Made by a program: the position numbers and the translations under genes. Below the pieces are notes generated by a model. That model had not been told where the DNA came from and ran no database searches. It worked only from the letters and a program-made list of their open reading frames with translations. From Iphione sp. A-MEVVRFRX5 (Eukaryota), in contig OZ320322.1 of NCBI GenBank assembly GCA_976226885.1, positions 12,214,001 to 12,278,000 on the forward strand: a stretch of 64,000 nucleotides of DNA. Direction: 5' to 3'. Below are positions 25,363 to 38,325 of this stretch, piece after piece. Position 1 is the stretch's first letter. The number at the start of each line of letters is the position of its first letter.

Positions 25363-25513
25363 TCCCACGAGTTCCCACTTTAACATTTGCTAGCTACATT
25401 TCCTCACTGAATGGTGAAAAGTGTTCTTACAACTAGAAAATACGCACTCTTTGTTTGGCTTTGTCAGTCAAAGCTTTGTGAAGATCGTTGAATGAACATT
25501 CCAGTAATAGGTA

Positions 25514-25737
25514 CAGGGGGGGGTCAGGGGGTACCCAATAACGCTTCACCAAGAATTGAAACTACCTATAACTTTTAAAGAAAGGTCAAATAACGCTTCA
25601 CCAAGAATTAATTCTTTGATAATGCTTCACCAGTAAATGCTTCATAACGCTTCACCCTCATTTAGAAGCACAAATAACACTTCACCAAGAATTAAAAAGC
25701 ATCCATAACGCTTCACCAAAATAGGTGTCCCCCCCTG
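25514..25737. mobile_element. 224-bp MITE with CAGGGGGGG termini, TA TSD and six internal ATAACGCTTCACCA motifs
   Basis: TA|CAGGGGGGG ... CCCCCCCTG|TA. The motif starts at 25538, 25590, 25619, 25644, 25674 and 25705. Confidence 0.75.
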
Positions 25738-26566
25738 TATAGGTAAGTTATAATTTCCATCTTGAATGCAGCACATATACACACAAACACACACATACAT
25801 ACAAATAAGCAAACAAACACACACGCACACACACATTCCCACTGATTTCTCTTTTACCAGAAGCGCCAGTTCACTATGTTGCACTCGTGGCCGTTCCATA
25901 CGTAAGGTTGACAGAGCAAGACAATTTCTTTCGGTGCACCATTTATTCTGGAGACAATCATCCGGTGCAGCCGGAGGGGGGGGATGCAGCTGGTCATATC
26001 TCTCTTATCTCTCTTATCAGCCAGTCCGAACATGCCTCACTTGGGAAGCAAAAATTGGATTGAAGATGAACGGTTTTCAGCTGCTGAGGGTGAATTGTCC
26101 AGGAATCTGCAGGCACACATAGTCTGTTTTCAAGAAATGGACACACAGTGTCCCAAAGCAGCAGGGTAGTGCAGAACAAGCACTGCTCATTCAGCCAAAA
26201 TTAATAACACCATTTTAAAGTGCAGCTGGCATGGTATCTATGGAAAGAACGTGACGTGTGTACAATTGGAGAGCACATAGAATTATTCAACCTTAATAAA
26301 GAATACATAGAATTATAGTTCAGTGGAGCTCATGAAAAGGTTAAGCTTTACAAGAACGTGCCTGGCCGAAATGACACAGTGATTATAGGTGTCTACAGCC
26401 CAGTGACCTAGTAAGTGCCTTTACCATGTCACGGAGAGATTAAGCAGAGCTGTTGTAATGGACACTTCCGTCATGAGATAAACATATCGTAATTAAACCT
26501 ATTGTAATTAAAAAAAAAACGCAACATGTATTCCGCTGTAGAGGAGTGTGTGCCAGGTCATTGATA

Positions 26567-26859
26567 TCTAGATCTATGACCGTCCCTATGAAAAAAACTA
26601 TCTATGACCTTGAATCTAGATCTATGACTGTCCCTATGAAAAAAAACTACCTATGACCTTGAATCTAGATCTATGACTGTCCCTATGAAAAAAAACTACC
26701 TATGACCTTGAATTTAGATCTATGACTGTCCCTATGAAAAAAAACTACCTATGACCTTGAATCTAGATCTATGACTGTCCCTATGAAAAAAAACTACCTA
26801 TGACCTTGAATCTAGATCTATGACTGTCCCTATGAAAAAAAACTATCTATGACCTTGAA
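26567..26859. repeat. 49-bp minisatellite, 6 nearly identical copies
   Basis: Unit TCTAGATCTATGACTGTCCCTATGAAAAAAAACTACCTATGACCTTGAA starts at 26567, 26615, 26664, 26713, 26762 and 26811. Confidence 0.97.
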
Positions 26860-28169
26860 TACTGGTTCTCAATTTCTCAGCCATAGAATCCATAATGAGT
26901 TTGATGCGTTCAAAATACCCCATGGCAAGAAGAGTTTAATGATTTCCACATTTACTAAGTTATGGCTTTTGGCGTGAGACGTACAGTGTCAATTTCCACC
27001 ATGTTATCTTGCTCCATCCTTTTTAAGGACTACTTGTACATCGAAGAACTTTAGAAGCTGTAGAACAACAACAGCTTATGTTCCCGTTTGTTAAATTAAA
27101 TTTTTTTAAATTGAAATATTATATTACACTCAACATTTCACTGTAAGGAAGTCCGCCATTCTGACTGCGGTATACTGTATGGTAAAATTATTGTCAACAG
27201 ATGGATAATACGGGCGTTGCAATTGTACGCGAGGTCAAAGGTCACATATGGGAATCTGTCATGGATCATTGTCAGCAGAGAAAATTAATAGTTTTGTTAT
27301 GAAACCAAGCGAACAACCATTCTCTCTCGATTTACTCGAAGTTTACAGCTGCAGTGCAATATGCATTCTGGCTTCCCATGTCAACTATACGCCTTACCCA
27401 TTGTCAGCAATTAATACACCATCATTTTCCATTTAATGAAAGTGACAGATTAGAGCCCGTCTCATTACAAGTTTTTTTTTTCTTGTTCCGCTGTCTCCTG
27501 GTGTACATCAATATTGTTTGTCGAGAGAGAATCTCTTTCTTTTTTTTTCTTATTCGCGAGGTAAGCGGATGCCCCGCGGGGTGGCGCGACGAATGGAGAA
27601 CTTCTTCAATAAGGCAATGAGTTATCCAGCAGGAAACGACCCTTCTAACCTTTGGCGGGCTTGAATTATGGCGACAATTTCCTTCTGGGCCAGTCCATCG
27701 GGAGTAAGGTGATGTTCCCCCTGCCAGAGGTTTATTTTTCTGTTGTGCTGCCATGGCCGCTGTCTCCGCCTGTCTCAGTGTGTCCGTCGATTCGATTTAT
27801 AGTCTGTTGTATGTATATGTGCGGAGTGTCCGTCTAAGGAAGACAGATTGGAGGGGAAAACTCAGAGAGAAAGAACCAGGAAATATAGAGAGAGCCGGTA
27901 TAGAGAAGGCACGGACAGAACATGTGGTATTTAGTTAGGGTTTACCATCAGTTGGGAGATGATGGATGGGAAATAGGACAGTGGATATGGAGAGAGAATC
28001 AGACAACAAATTGAGATAGACTGCTAGCTATCTGGAAGGGTGAAGGAGGAGAAAGAAAGAGGGGCGGGCTGAGAGTGAGAAAGATGAAAGAGGAAGAGAA
28101 AAGGAGCAGTGAATAGACACTCAGAGGCAATATGTGGGTAATTGTGTGTGTGTGTGTCTGTGTATGTGA

Positions 28170-28285
28170 AGAGGTGTGAGGTGGCAACTCTGTCTCTCTC
28201 TTTCTCTGTATAAAGAATGAACCATGTCTAGTAGTGACTTGTAAGCATGCGAGCGTGTATGAGTGTCTCTGCAGAGGTGTGAGAT

Positions 28286-28325
<40 letters not shown>

Positions 28326-28745
28326 GTATATGGCACCTAGTATAGTGGAGACTTGTTGGCGTGCATACAACGGTATGTCTGTGTCTAGATAGAGGTGTGA
28401 GAGAACAACTGTGTCTCCGTAAGAAGGGACCTAGTCAAGTGGCGACTTGTTAGAGGTGCATGTGTTTATGTGTGTGTGTGTGTCTTGAGAGGTGTGAAAG
28501 AGCAACTCTGCCCCTGTAAGGAGGTTCCTAGTCTAGCAGTGACTTGTTAGAGGTGTGTGTATACATGTTAGTTTGTGTGTAGAGATGTGAGAGAACACTT
28601 CGGTCTTTGTAAAGAGGGACCTAGTCTAGCTTGACTTGTTGGCATGCATGCATATATACATATGTGTGTATGTGAGTGTGCATGCCTGGAGAGGTGTGAG
28701 AGGACACCTCAGTGTCTGTTAGGAGGTACCCAGTCTATTTGTAGT
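28170..28745. repeat. Old, diverged ~100-bp tandem repeat, 6 copies
   Basis: The anchor AGAG(G/A)TGTGA recurs at 28170, 28273, 28391, 28488, 28581 and 28690. Most copies are followed by CCTAGT..AG...GACTTGTT. Confidence 0.8.
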
Positions 28746-29100
28746 GGCGCCGTCTACCGAGACGCACTCCTCTATAGACCGGACGGTAGATGGCGCTCTC
28801 ACGGCTCACAATTACGATTAATCCGGCGCCCGTCGGATCTATTTTATCGAGTTATTCTCCTTGAGGGAAGTAATGAGTCCACCCCCTCCCACCCCCGGGC
28901 ACGAGACAGCGTCGACTCAGCCAGACGCGCCCTGAACGCCTGCCTGCAGAGGGCGCTCCCGTCGTCGTCGTCGTCAGCGACGGCGGCGGACAACGGGAAA
29001 TGTAGTTGCTCTTGGCCCCGAGGACAAAACGAGTTCGTTGACATTATCGGAGCCCGTGCCGGCGATTAGTGATTTCGTGGCAGTTCGTGTATTGGGGAAG
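28740..29100. promoter_or_regulatory. CpG-rich promoter/enhancer-like patch
   Basis: High CpG density, a ZNF143/THAP11-type GGGAAATGTAGT (~28996), and an inverted repeat GCGCCGTCTACCG / CGGTAGATGGCGC. Confidence 0.4.
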
Positions 29101-30909
29101 ATGTGTGAGGGTGGTAAGGGGGGGGGGGCACCGCCGATTGGGCAGATGCTGATGCTGCGGGAAGAGGATGGGGGGTTAGTGTATATTGTCCTGGGAGGCA
29201 AAGAACAGATGCACAATATACGGACTGTATAGATGGACTCAGGGAAAACACTTAGAACTAGTTGTACGTTGTACGGATATTTCATTCCTAGAAATGATTA
29301 TCCTTCAGCTGAGGAACTGACTCAAATCTGTATTAATTAAAGAGAAGTCTAACAACAAAAATCCCGCCTACATGCGTGTGAACACAGGAATAATTTAATA
29401 TGTTTTTAGCAGCTCATCGAGACAGTTTATGTCTAGCAGAGATTTGAATCTGCTGCTAGAGACTTTCCTAAGAACCTTAGGCTTAGATCTATCAAAAATT
29501 GCCTTCGTTTGTATCCAAACACCTCCCAAATACATTCTACATCTGTATAGACGTAATGCGAACACTTTTCAATAAAGACATGTTTCCAGTGGTCTATTTA
29601 TTGCTTTATAAGTTGGATAGAATCTTAAGAAGCAGAGAACAGAAGCATACAGTGCTGACTTCCGCAGGCCCGGTGGAGAAGATATCACGTTTAGAGATTG
29701 TCACCCCACTCTGGTGTATTCCAAACTCAGTAATCCTTACAGTCCAAATTCCCTTTCTGGGTGGTGCAATGGCTTGTTTCCAATTACTACCTCAACCCAG
29801 TTAACTTTAGGAGGGAGACATGGGAGATACCGCAACCCCTCACTATTCCAACAAGCTTTAGGACCAAAAGCTTACACCTCCGATCGTAAATCGATGAAAC
29901 ATTCAGGGCATTTTACATTCTATGCTCGCACTGTAACTCGGTAGTTATAGATAGGCTACTGTGTTAAATTTACAGTTAACAGATAATACAATAAGCAAAA
30001 ATAGCTGTGGACAGGGCAAAGTGTCACTAGTCTAAGCACGGCATGTGGCACATCTATTTTTTATTACCTGAGCAGGGACATATTCTATACAATGTAAGGG
30101 CAATCCACATATGGCTCAGTATATGTAAAGTCTCTCGAAATGACAAAGGTTTCCTTATTAATCCATGGTCAATGCCATAAATGTGGGTCTGTTGTTTAAC
30201 CCAGGGATGTTCATAAATCATGCCAGAGATTATGATATGACCCATAGCATTTAGATGGTGGCCTAGGGAGTAATCCTGAGGTATTTGTTGTATGTATATA
30301 ACACATGATCTCTCAATAGTCAGTAAGATGTGCCCTAAATAAGTCCTAAATGTGTGTTGGCTGCTGACACGTTTGTGCACATTTTTCTCTAGGAAAAACT
30401 GAGGGATCAAGCCTTACTCGTGTGGTGTCCTCCTCTATTGCATGACAGCATTCTGTCATGGTAAGGCAAAAAATATTGGTGTATTTTTGGTCACGACCAG
30501 CCAAAAACCTAGGTGGGGAGGAGGGGTATCTTTTTTTTAAACCTTTCTTTTCACTTTCTTTCTCTTAATTTCAAATGTAATGAAGACAATAAGAGGAATT
30601 TTGACCAATCTGTACGAGTTTTACAGTTTTTTGGTGAATTTCCATGGATTTTGTTGTTTTTCTACTAAATTTACTAAAACATGTGCCATGATAACACATA
30701 TCTAAGGAAATTCAGCCTTGGAAACTCTTTGGGGCCAAAAAATCTTTAGGTAGGGTGAGGTTTTACTAGGTAGGGGTGGGTTACCAGAAACACACCTATT
30801 ATACTTTTTTTGCCTAAGTACACTTGAAATAGCGAGTGGGACTGGGAGAGTAGGGTGTTGGAATAGTGAAAGCAGACTGTATTTCATATGTAATAATTAA
30901 GGGAGGAGT

Positions 30910-31030
30910 CAGCTCAGTTAGTACGAGTGCTGGCTAGCACTGGTCGACTAATTGAGAGGTCGCAGGTTAAAAGAAGGTCATGGGTGTATAGGATTCTGTC
31001 TCCTATGCACAAAAAGACCCCAAAATAATA
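30910..31030 (+). mobile_element. tRNA-derived SINE, copy 2 (internally deleted)
   Basis: AGCTCAGTTAG A box; CTAATTGAGAGGTCGCAGGTT matches the head of copy 1; GGGTGTATAGGATTCTGTC...CAAAAAGACCCC matches the body of copy 1. Confidence 0.6.
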
Positions 31031-31619
31031 ACTGAATATCTCTTTCTTGGTTAAAGATACAATGAAAATGAAATGAAATGAAAATAATTGGTATTTCATA
31101 CAAAACACATTAACTAGAGAGATCATTATGGCTTACAACAACAGTAATGTTCAGTGTTAACATATTAAGACATAAACCAACATTGCGGACGTATCAGTCC
31201 GCCCTCCCCCCCTCATTCTGAGTAGAATGGGGTATTTTAGAGGCCACCCCTGAGATGCATGGAACCATTCCTCTCATCAACAGCCGATTGTGTCGCTCGC
31301 GGCATCGTAGCTGTGTAGACGTGCATGGGAGGCCCCGTACCTTGCCATGTAATTGGCGAAAGTTTGTAGGATAACGAGCTAGATACAGGGCCACAAGAGG
31401 GCGACACCAAGGTTTCCTGTAGAGAGGCGCACGCTGCGCCACCTGGCTACCATGAAAGGAGACACAGGCGACGGACTGCAGGGGGAAGAAGGGAGGTGGG
31501 AATAATATTGGTGCTTGGGGGGTGACAACAGCCGTTTGGCCGGAGGTGCTCGAGACCACGAGGTTTGGGTCTTGGCCATCATACTGTAAGTAGATGTAGT
31601 AGTGGTAGTAGTAGTGGTA

Positions 31620-32220
31620 ATAGTAGGGAAGAGAAAGAAATAGACAGACAGACAGAAACACGAAGTAAGTGGGACAGACAGACAGACAGAGAGCCACAGA
31701 GAGACAGACAAAGAGACCGAAAGTAGAGAAGAGAAAGAGAGGAGAGAAGGGAGAAAGAAGCAGAGAAAGAGACGGACAAAGAAAAATGCAGGGAGGGAAG
31801 GAAAGCGATAAACAGGAATTTGCAAGAATTAACAACAATTTCCTAACAAAAGATAGAAGGAGAGGAGGTCAGGAAAAGGGAAGAGAAGAACAAAGTGATG
31901 GAGAGAGGGAGGAGGAAGAGAGGGAGGTAAAGATATGGACGGGAGACAGAGATAGAAACTGACGGAGATACGGACAGACATTAAAAGATGTAAGGGGACA
32001 GAAACAGAGACAGGCATTGAAAGACACATAAAGGCAGACTGAAAACAGACTATAGATGAATAAGAGACGGTAGATAGAAGCAGAGAAGGGTGAACACAAA
32101 CAGGGAGAAAGGGAAAGGGAAGAGGAGGAGAAGAGAGATAGACCGAAGAGGAAGAGGAAGAGAGCCTTAGAAGGAGATTAGGTAAGAGAGAAAGACAACG
32201 GGGCGGGTTGGGAAGAAGAC
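31620..32220. repeat. Purine-rich low-complexity tract
   Basis: A/G-rich with GACA repeats; source of spurious ORFs. Confidence 0.85.
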
Positions 32221-33292
32221 ACATTCCCAGCAGCCCCGGGAAGCCTGCAGTGAGGCGGGCTGGTACGTAGCGCGGGAAGGAGAAGCAAGAGAAGCTAGGG
32301 GAGAGAGAAGTGAAGGATGAGATGAGTATTTACTAAGGAAATGAGGGATGGAAAGAAGTAAAACTACAAGGACCCGGGTTAAAGGAACATAATACACCCG
32401 AGAAGGAGGGAACGGACAGGGAGAAGTCTTGAATAGAGGGCTGGTCTGACATTTGCAGAGAGGAGAGGAAACGGAAGCTTGGAAGTAACCGGGGTTCGTG
32501 GTTAGGGAGGCGGTAGTCTTGGAGGCACCAGCTTTTATGTCGGAGACGGTGTGCGGCATTTTATGATGATCTTTAATGGCGATCATAACTATAATTTGAT
32601 CACGCCCACCATGGCTACTACAGCACCAGATGCCGAGCATTAGAAGCGCGCCGATATGAAACCCTCCTCCCCCCTCCCCAGCGTTGTAAACCCCCTCAGC
32701 CCCCTCACCCCGCGTGTAAACGACGGAGGCGGTTGGTGGGAGGTCTCCTCACAGAAAACCCTTTCAACACGACGGGCCGCGGCATCGATTGAAATGGATC
32801 TGGGCGATACGTCTAAATTTAGGGCACGGGCGCCAGGTAACCTAACACCCCCCCCGCTCCCACCCTTACGCCACATCACGTGACGTCGGGGAGTATTTTG
32901 TTGGTCATACAAACGAGTGAGACAGAGAAAAAACATCCCCACGATTAAGTGAGGGTAATGGGTGAGGAGGAAGCCGACATGATGCACGGAACCATGGGTA
33001 AGGCCCGGTTTCCTTGTGTACGGATTTTGTGCCCGGACCACGGACTGCGTGGTCTGGGGAAAAACTCACTGATTTTAACAGAGGGTGTTCCATATGTACG
33101 GGTGCGTGGTCCGTGGTCTGTGGTCCGTGGTCCGTGGTCCGAAAACGGGCAGTGCTCGTTTTTTTCCACACCACGCACACACACGGACCAGTAGGGCAGA
33201 GAGATGGGGGTTTTTCAGCTGGATAGACACTGTCTATCTCATGATAGATGATGTGAGAAATTGTCTAATTTGCATATGATTTGTATAATAAT

Positions 33293-33455
33293 TGCACAAT
33301 TTCCACCGATATGCCTCAATCTCCACGAAAAACTGCACAATTTCCACCGATATGCCTCAATCTCCGTGAAAAACTGTACAATTTCCGCCAATATGCCTCA
33401 ATCTCCATGAAAAACTGCACAATTTCCACCGATATGCCTCAATCTCCATAAAAAA
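33293..33455. repeat. 41-bp minisatellite, 4 copies
   Basis: Unit TGCACAATTTCCACCGATATGCCTCAATCTCCACGAAAAAC at 33293, 33334, 33375 and 33416. Confidence 0.95.
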
Positions 33456-33492
33456 AAATGCATGTGCATACATTACAATACATATCTCTCTT

Positions 33493-33523
<31 letters not shown>

Positions 33524-36402
33524 GTGAGCTCTGTCCCTGGGAATAAAACGCGTACACAAAGAAACCGGGTGTCCGTGGATGTGCGGAAAACAGCTCATTT
33601 TTCGGACAACATACGCAGTATGGAAAAAACTCCGTGCACATGGGTACCGGGCTTAATGCTGCCTCCACAGTAGACTGATCACAGGCGAGTAGGAGAGCGT
33701 TAAAATGATGTCGACATGATGCTACGACGGTTTGCATTCGCAAGGGGAAAAGTGTCATATGTGACGCGTTATGACGTTAAGTTGGCATTCAGTCGGTTGT
33801 TCAATCACAACACTGTTGGATCATATCAAAGTAATGCTACCACAGTATTTGCAAATAAAGAGAAAGTCCTGCAAGTAGTGTTATTAGGCCCAGTGAAAAA
33901 AGTTCAACGTTTCTGTTAGCCCGACCGACCCTACATCAGAGCAAATTGTAACTTTTTTTTATATTTGTTTGCTTTGTAAATATCTCCAGATTGAATAGCG
34001 ATGTAAACTTAATCTATATACCCATTTCTTCTGCATGACTCTAGCTTTAATTTGATATTTTTCATTAAAATCTAAGCAGCAGAAGTGTTAAAAAAACTTT
34101 AGCTACCAGTATGAATCAACACTAAAAACCTAAAATAAATTTTATAAAAGTATGACCAACAGACTGACTTTCCGTTTCTTCAGTCTGTTACTGTGAACAC
34201 AGACCTTTTTGAAACAGATAGACAGAAAGACAGACATAAAATCAGAGGGAGGGTGTCTGTGTGGGGGGAGGGACAGCCAGACAGATAGACAGAGAACAAA
34301 ACTCTTTATGAAATGGTTTTCAGAAATTGATGCCTTTCTCTGGCAGTTCATTAACGTAATGCTCCCCGCATAGACATTGGCAAAGTAATATTTATCCTAC
34401 GATACCCTCCGGCTAATTGAAAAGTATTCATGGCCGTAAGCTCCATTCCGATCACGGATTAACATTGTTTCTGGTCAGAAAAGGCACATTAATGCACGCA
34501 CACTCTCGCTTTGTCTCCCCATTATGACAGCGGTTCGCTCAGTACAACGGATTAAAATCCATTTATTTTTACACTTCATTAAAAATTAGTACTCTCTCAA
34601 GTGCTACCTCTCTTTGCCTTGATGACGTGGTATTTCGATGTTTTATTTGATATAATGTATGAGACGTTTAGGAATCACGGCGTATTGTTTATTATATATT
34701 TTGCGCTCTACATGTCACATTCTTGTGCAAATTAGGTCTCTTTTTTGATATATTAAATGTTTGCGGTTTTGGGGGGATACGATAAAATTCATGCTTCAGC
34801 CACAAAATAATGAAGTCAATGTATAATATGTGTAAGCATATGTCTGTGCTAGTGTGCCTGTGAATGGCCGTGTGCATGCGTTTGCGTACATGTGCGTGAG
34901 TGTGTGTCATGTGTGTGAGAGTGTGGGTTGTGTGAGTGTGTGTGTGTGCAACAGACGTGGCTTAGACAACTCCAATCGGGCGACACACTGAGAAAGAGAC
35001 GGGGAACTAGAATAACCCTGGCGAGGACATCGCATGTCAGCGAGCCGTCCCCCCACAGTCCTCACCTGCCGTATATCCCATGAGAAGAAACTTCTCCCCG
35101 AAGCAGGATGGACGGGGAGAGAAGGCTGGATCAATACCCAGTACAAGAGCCATTTCATCCGGCCCCAAACAACGGCGAGCTCAAAGGAAGGGGGTCCTCA
35201 AATCTCTATTCTAACGAGGCACTGTAACTAGCACCTGACTGTGATTTACGGCGGTTCGGACAGTTTGTATATTATGGTTATGGTCTATGGAGGTTTGTGA
35301 CAACAATTAGTCATAGCTAATTGTCATCTAACATTGAGACTTTATCTGTGTATGTTATGAATAAGGACTGACAGGACAGGGTCAAAATTGATATTCTTTT
35401 GTTTCTATAAAAAAAATGGCGAAGCATATGTATAATCCCTACTTACAATACTGCCGAGTAAACACCGGTCATGTTTTGTAAAGCCAACAACGAAATATGC
35501 GAGATATAGAATTTAGAGGACTTTAGATCATGTACCAGGTTATACCGAGAAACTACCACCAAGTCTGTGTCTAAGATGGAAACATTTTCTACAGGGGTCA
35601 GAGTGTAAAAAGCGTGTCACTCACCACCATAAATTCCATGGCTTTTCACGGTTGACTTTGTTCGTTCTGTGGTAACGCTTCGGTCAACTTATTGAACATA
35701 TTCTTTTTTCTTTTTCAGAAATGGCATGCTTCCATCACTGGAATGCCGATCACAATGTAGCAGTGAAAATCTACTTGAGATTCTGTTAGGCCTGCTTTCC
35801 CTGTGTCCGTTTTCCCCGTATACAGGACTATCAGGAGATGTTGGATGTTTCTCTAGACCTCTCCAGTGAGGTGCTTTCCATGTGTATAGGGCGTGTCCTC
35901 TGTAGGTGTGTATATGTATGTGTATGTGACTATCAAAAGGAATTAAAACCAAATATATGTATATAGGATGTCTTTGTGCTGATCAGAAGGAATCCCCGCC
36001 AAATCTGTGCGAATAGCATGCTCTTTAGGCAACGTAGACAAATTAAACATTAACTAACATATGTCAGACAGCATTCCTCCTTCTTCAAACTCTCATTTCC
36101 CTAGCCTACTGATCTGTGTTACCCTCCACACTATAGAGGGTACATGTCTATTCCGATCAAACCATGGGAGAAACTTGCCATTCATAAGGTTGATCTCTCA
36201 CACGGGTATACATACACACGTATATATAAATAAATATATGGCCATTCTTTTGGTAATGACTAACTTTCTATGAAACAATATTCGCTACAACTAGCCCTTT
36301 TATCATAGGGCAGTACGGCAAGAAGTGACTGGCGTGTAGATAAAAAGAAGCTGAGAACAGGACAGAGCTGCATGGTCGGCTGATTGACACGTGACACGTC
36401 CT

Positions 36403-36415
36403 CCACCAGGGGGCG
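36403..36415 (+). promoter_or_regulatory. CTCF-consensus motif
   Basis: CCACCAGGGGGCG matches the CTCF core. Binding is untested. Confidence 0.4.
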
Positions 36416-38325
36416 TCTCTCTCCACAAGAGGGAGCTCTCCGGCAATAAATGATGTATGAGAGCGAGGCTGAGAGGTGGACAAAGCCTTCATGTTCCATA
36501 ACAAAAGGGGGACCGCAAAGGGCAAGAGAGAAGCTGCGACAAGCTTCGACACGGGCTGTAGACGTAAGGTGGATTTCGTTTTACAGGGATGTATTTCAAT
36601 GACATACGATAACATGCCTCCATGTAGATAATAAGTATGCGTGTAGCAATCTTTGCATCTGTATAGACGTATTTCCCTGCCATCGATCTCAGGGGCTACC
36701 GTCACTTTAGTCTGTGTATTTTGTTAGGACCGGTTCGCATTGTGTTGGTTAGGGGCGTACTCAATAATGTGGTTCAGCAACACGAGCTCGCAGATCAAAC
36801 TTCTCATGTTTATGGCTGGCAGTTCTTACTTAGGATGAATGGTAGGTACATGCATCATTAATTGAGGGGTCAGTCAATGAGGAAGGATACAGCCATGTAC
36901 TGCATTGTGTGTCGTACTCAAGTCCATGTAGAACTGTTTAGAAATCCTCTTCTATCTAAGCATTCAGGTAAAACGAGTCAGGGCAAAGTGTGCTATACTG
37001 CAGACCCAGCACATAAAGTACCTCGCTATTCCAACACATCACCATATAAATCACCTCGCTATGCCGCACAGTCTATTTGGGAACACATTGAGCACTTCTA
37101 ATATTAAAACCTTTATCATTTCAAAACTATTACAGGCAAAACCATTGACACCATAATGTTTTACAATAGCTAGGTTTTACTGAATGTTCATTCTCAGAGG
37201 ATGTTTCAGTGATGAATACATAATTATTTTACTGCTTACGGTACAGTATTGCTTTTGATATCAACCTTTATCTTTTTTATCAGTAATGATTTCTGTAGCA
37301 CTTTCTAAACCTGGTTCTTAGTTAAATATTAAGAATCCAGTGTCCAAGTGAGCTAATGCTTAACTGCTAAATCTACTTTTTTCATCATGCCCTGGGAATG
37401 AATTTGTATAGCCCAATCTAATTATATATAATTGCACATCTGGGAGTACATTCCTCCTAGCTTTCATGGCACCAACCAAAGGACATTCAGTAATATGCGA
37501 CTGATTATACTTATAGTGGAACGACATGTTCTGCATGCATTTCTAATAGAGACATGACTCTAATAGGGGCACATTAAGGATGAACAATTTGCATTAGCTT
37601 TACATCAAGTCACTATTAGGGACACGTCTAAAGTTATGAATACACCACAACAACAGGTATTTCAAGCCTCAGTTTGTGTCATCAGTATTAGCAGCAAGCA
37701 CTTCAGGAAACGGGTATGAGCAAATCGGCCGAACAGTGGCAAGACCTCACCTTATCCACATAACCAATAATCAAGGAGCAATCATAATGATTTGACCCTA
37801 AAGATTATTCGTTTATCCTTAGGCTTAACACGGCTGCACATGGGCTTGATTAGGCTATCATCAACAGCATTTATAGTATCATCGTTATCAACATAGGGTC
37901 TTAATCATTAACACCTCCAATCGGCGTTTTTCTCTAGGTGCATATATAACGAGTCATAAAGTGTGAGACAATACAACCTACATCCATGTCACATATAGAA
38001 CTTAGTCATTTGGGAGAGAAAATCGTTATGTCAGTACAATTCTCTTAGTAACCACTATGAAGTTATTTTTTTAACGACAGTACATTTCGATATTCCACTG
38101 TTTTCACATTTTAGCTCGACAGTGTAACAGCCTTCTCCAAATAAGAGATGACTGAAAAAGACAGAAAGATAACAACAGAGGTATGCATCTGTACAGAAAG
38201 AGATGCGCTATCTATGAGGATAATTATCGAGTCAAAAAAATCACTGCTGCTTTTTTAAGGTTTTCCCTTCCGATGCGTCTCGGAGCAAACTGACATCACC
38301 GAACACATGTACTTTGTTCACACAG

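Noticed and set aside
26567-26859. CRISPR-like appearance of the 49-bp array (also the 41-bp array at 33293 and the 42.4-kb array)
   Set aside because: The units are contiguous with no unique spacers, there are no cas genes, and the context is eukaryotic.
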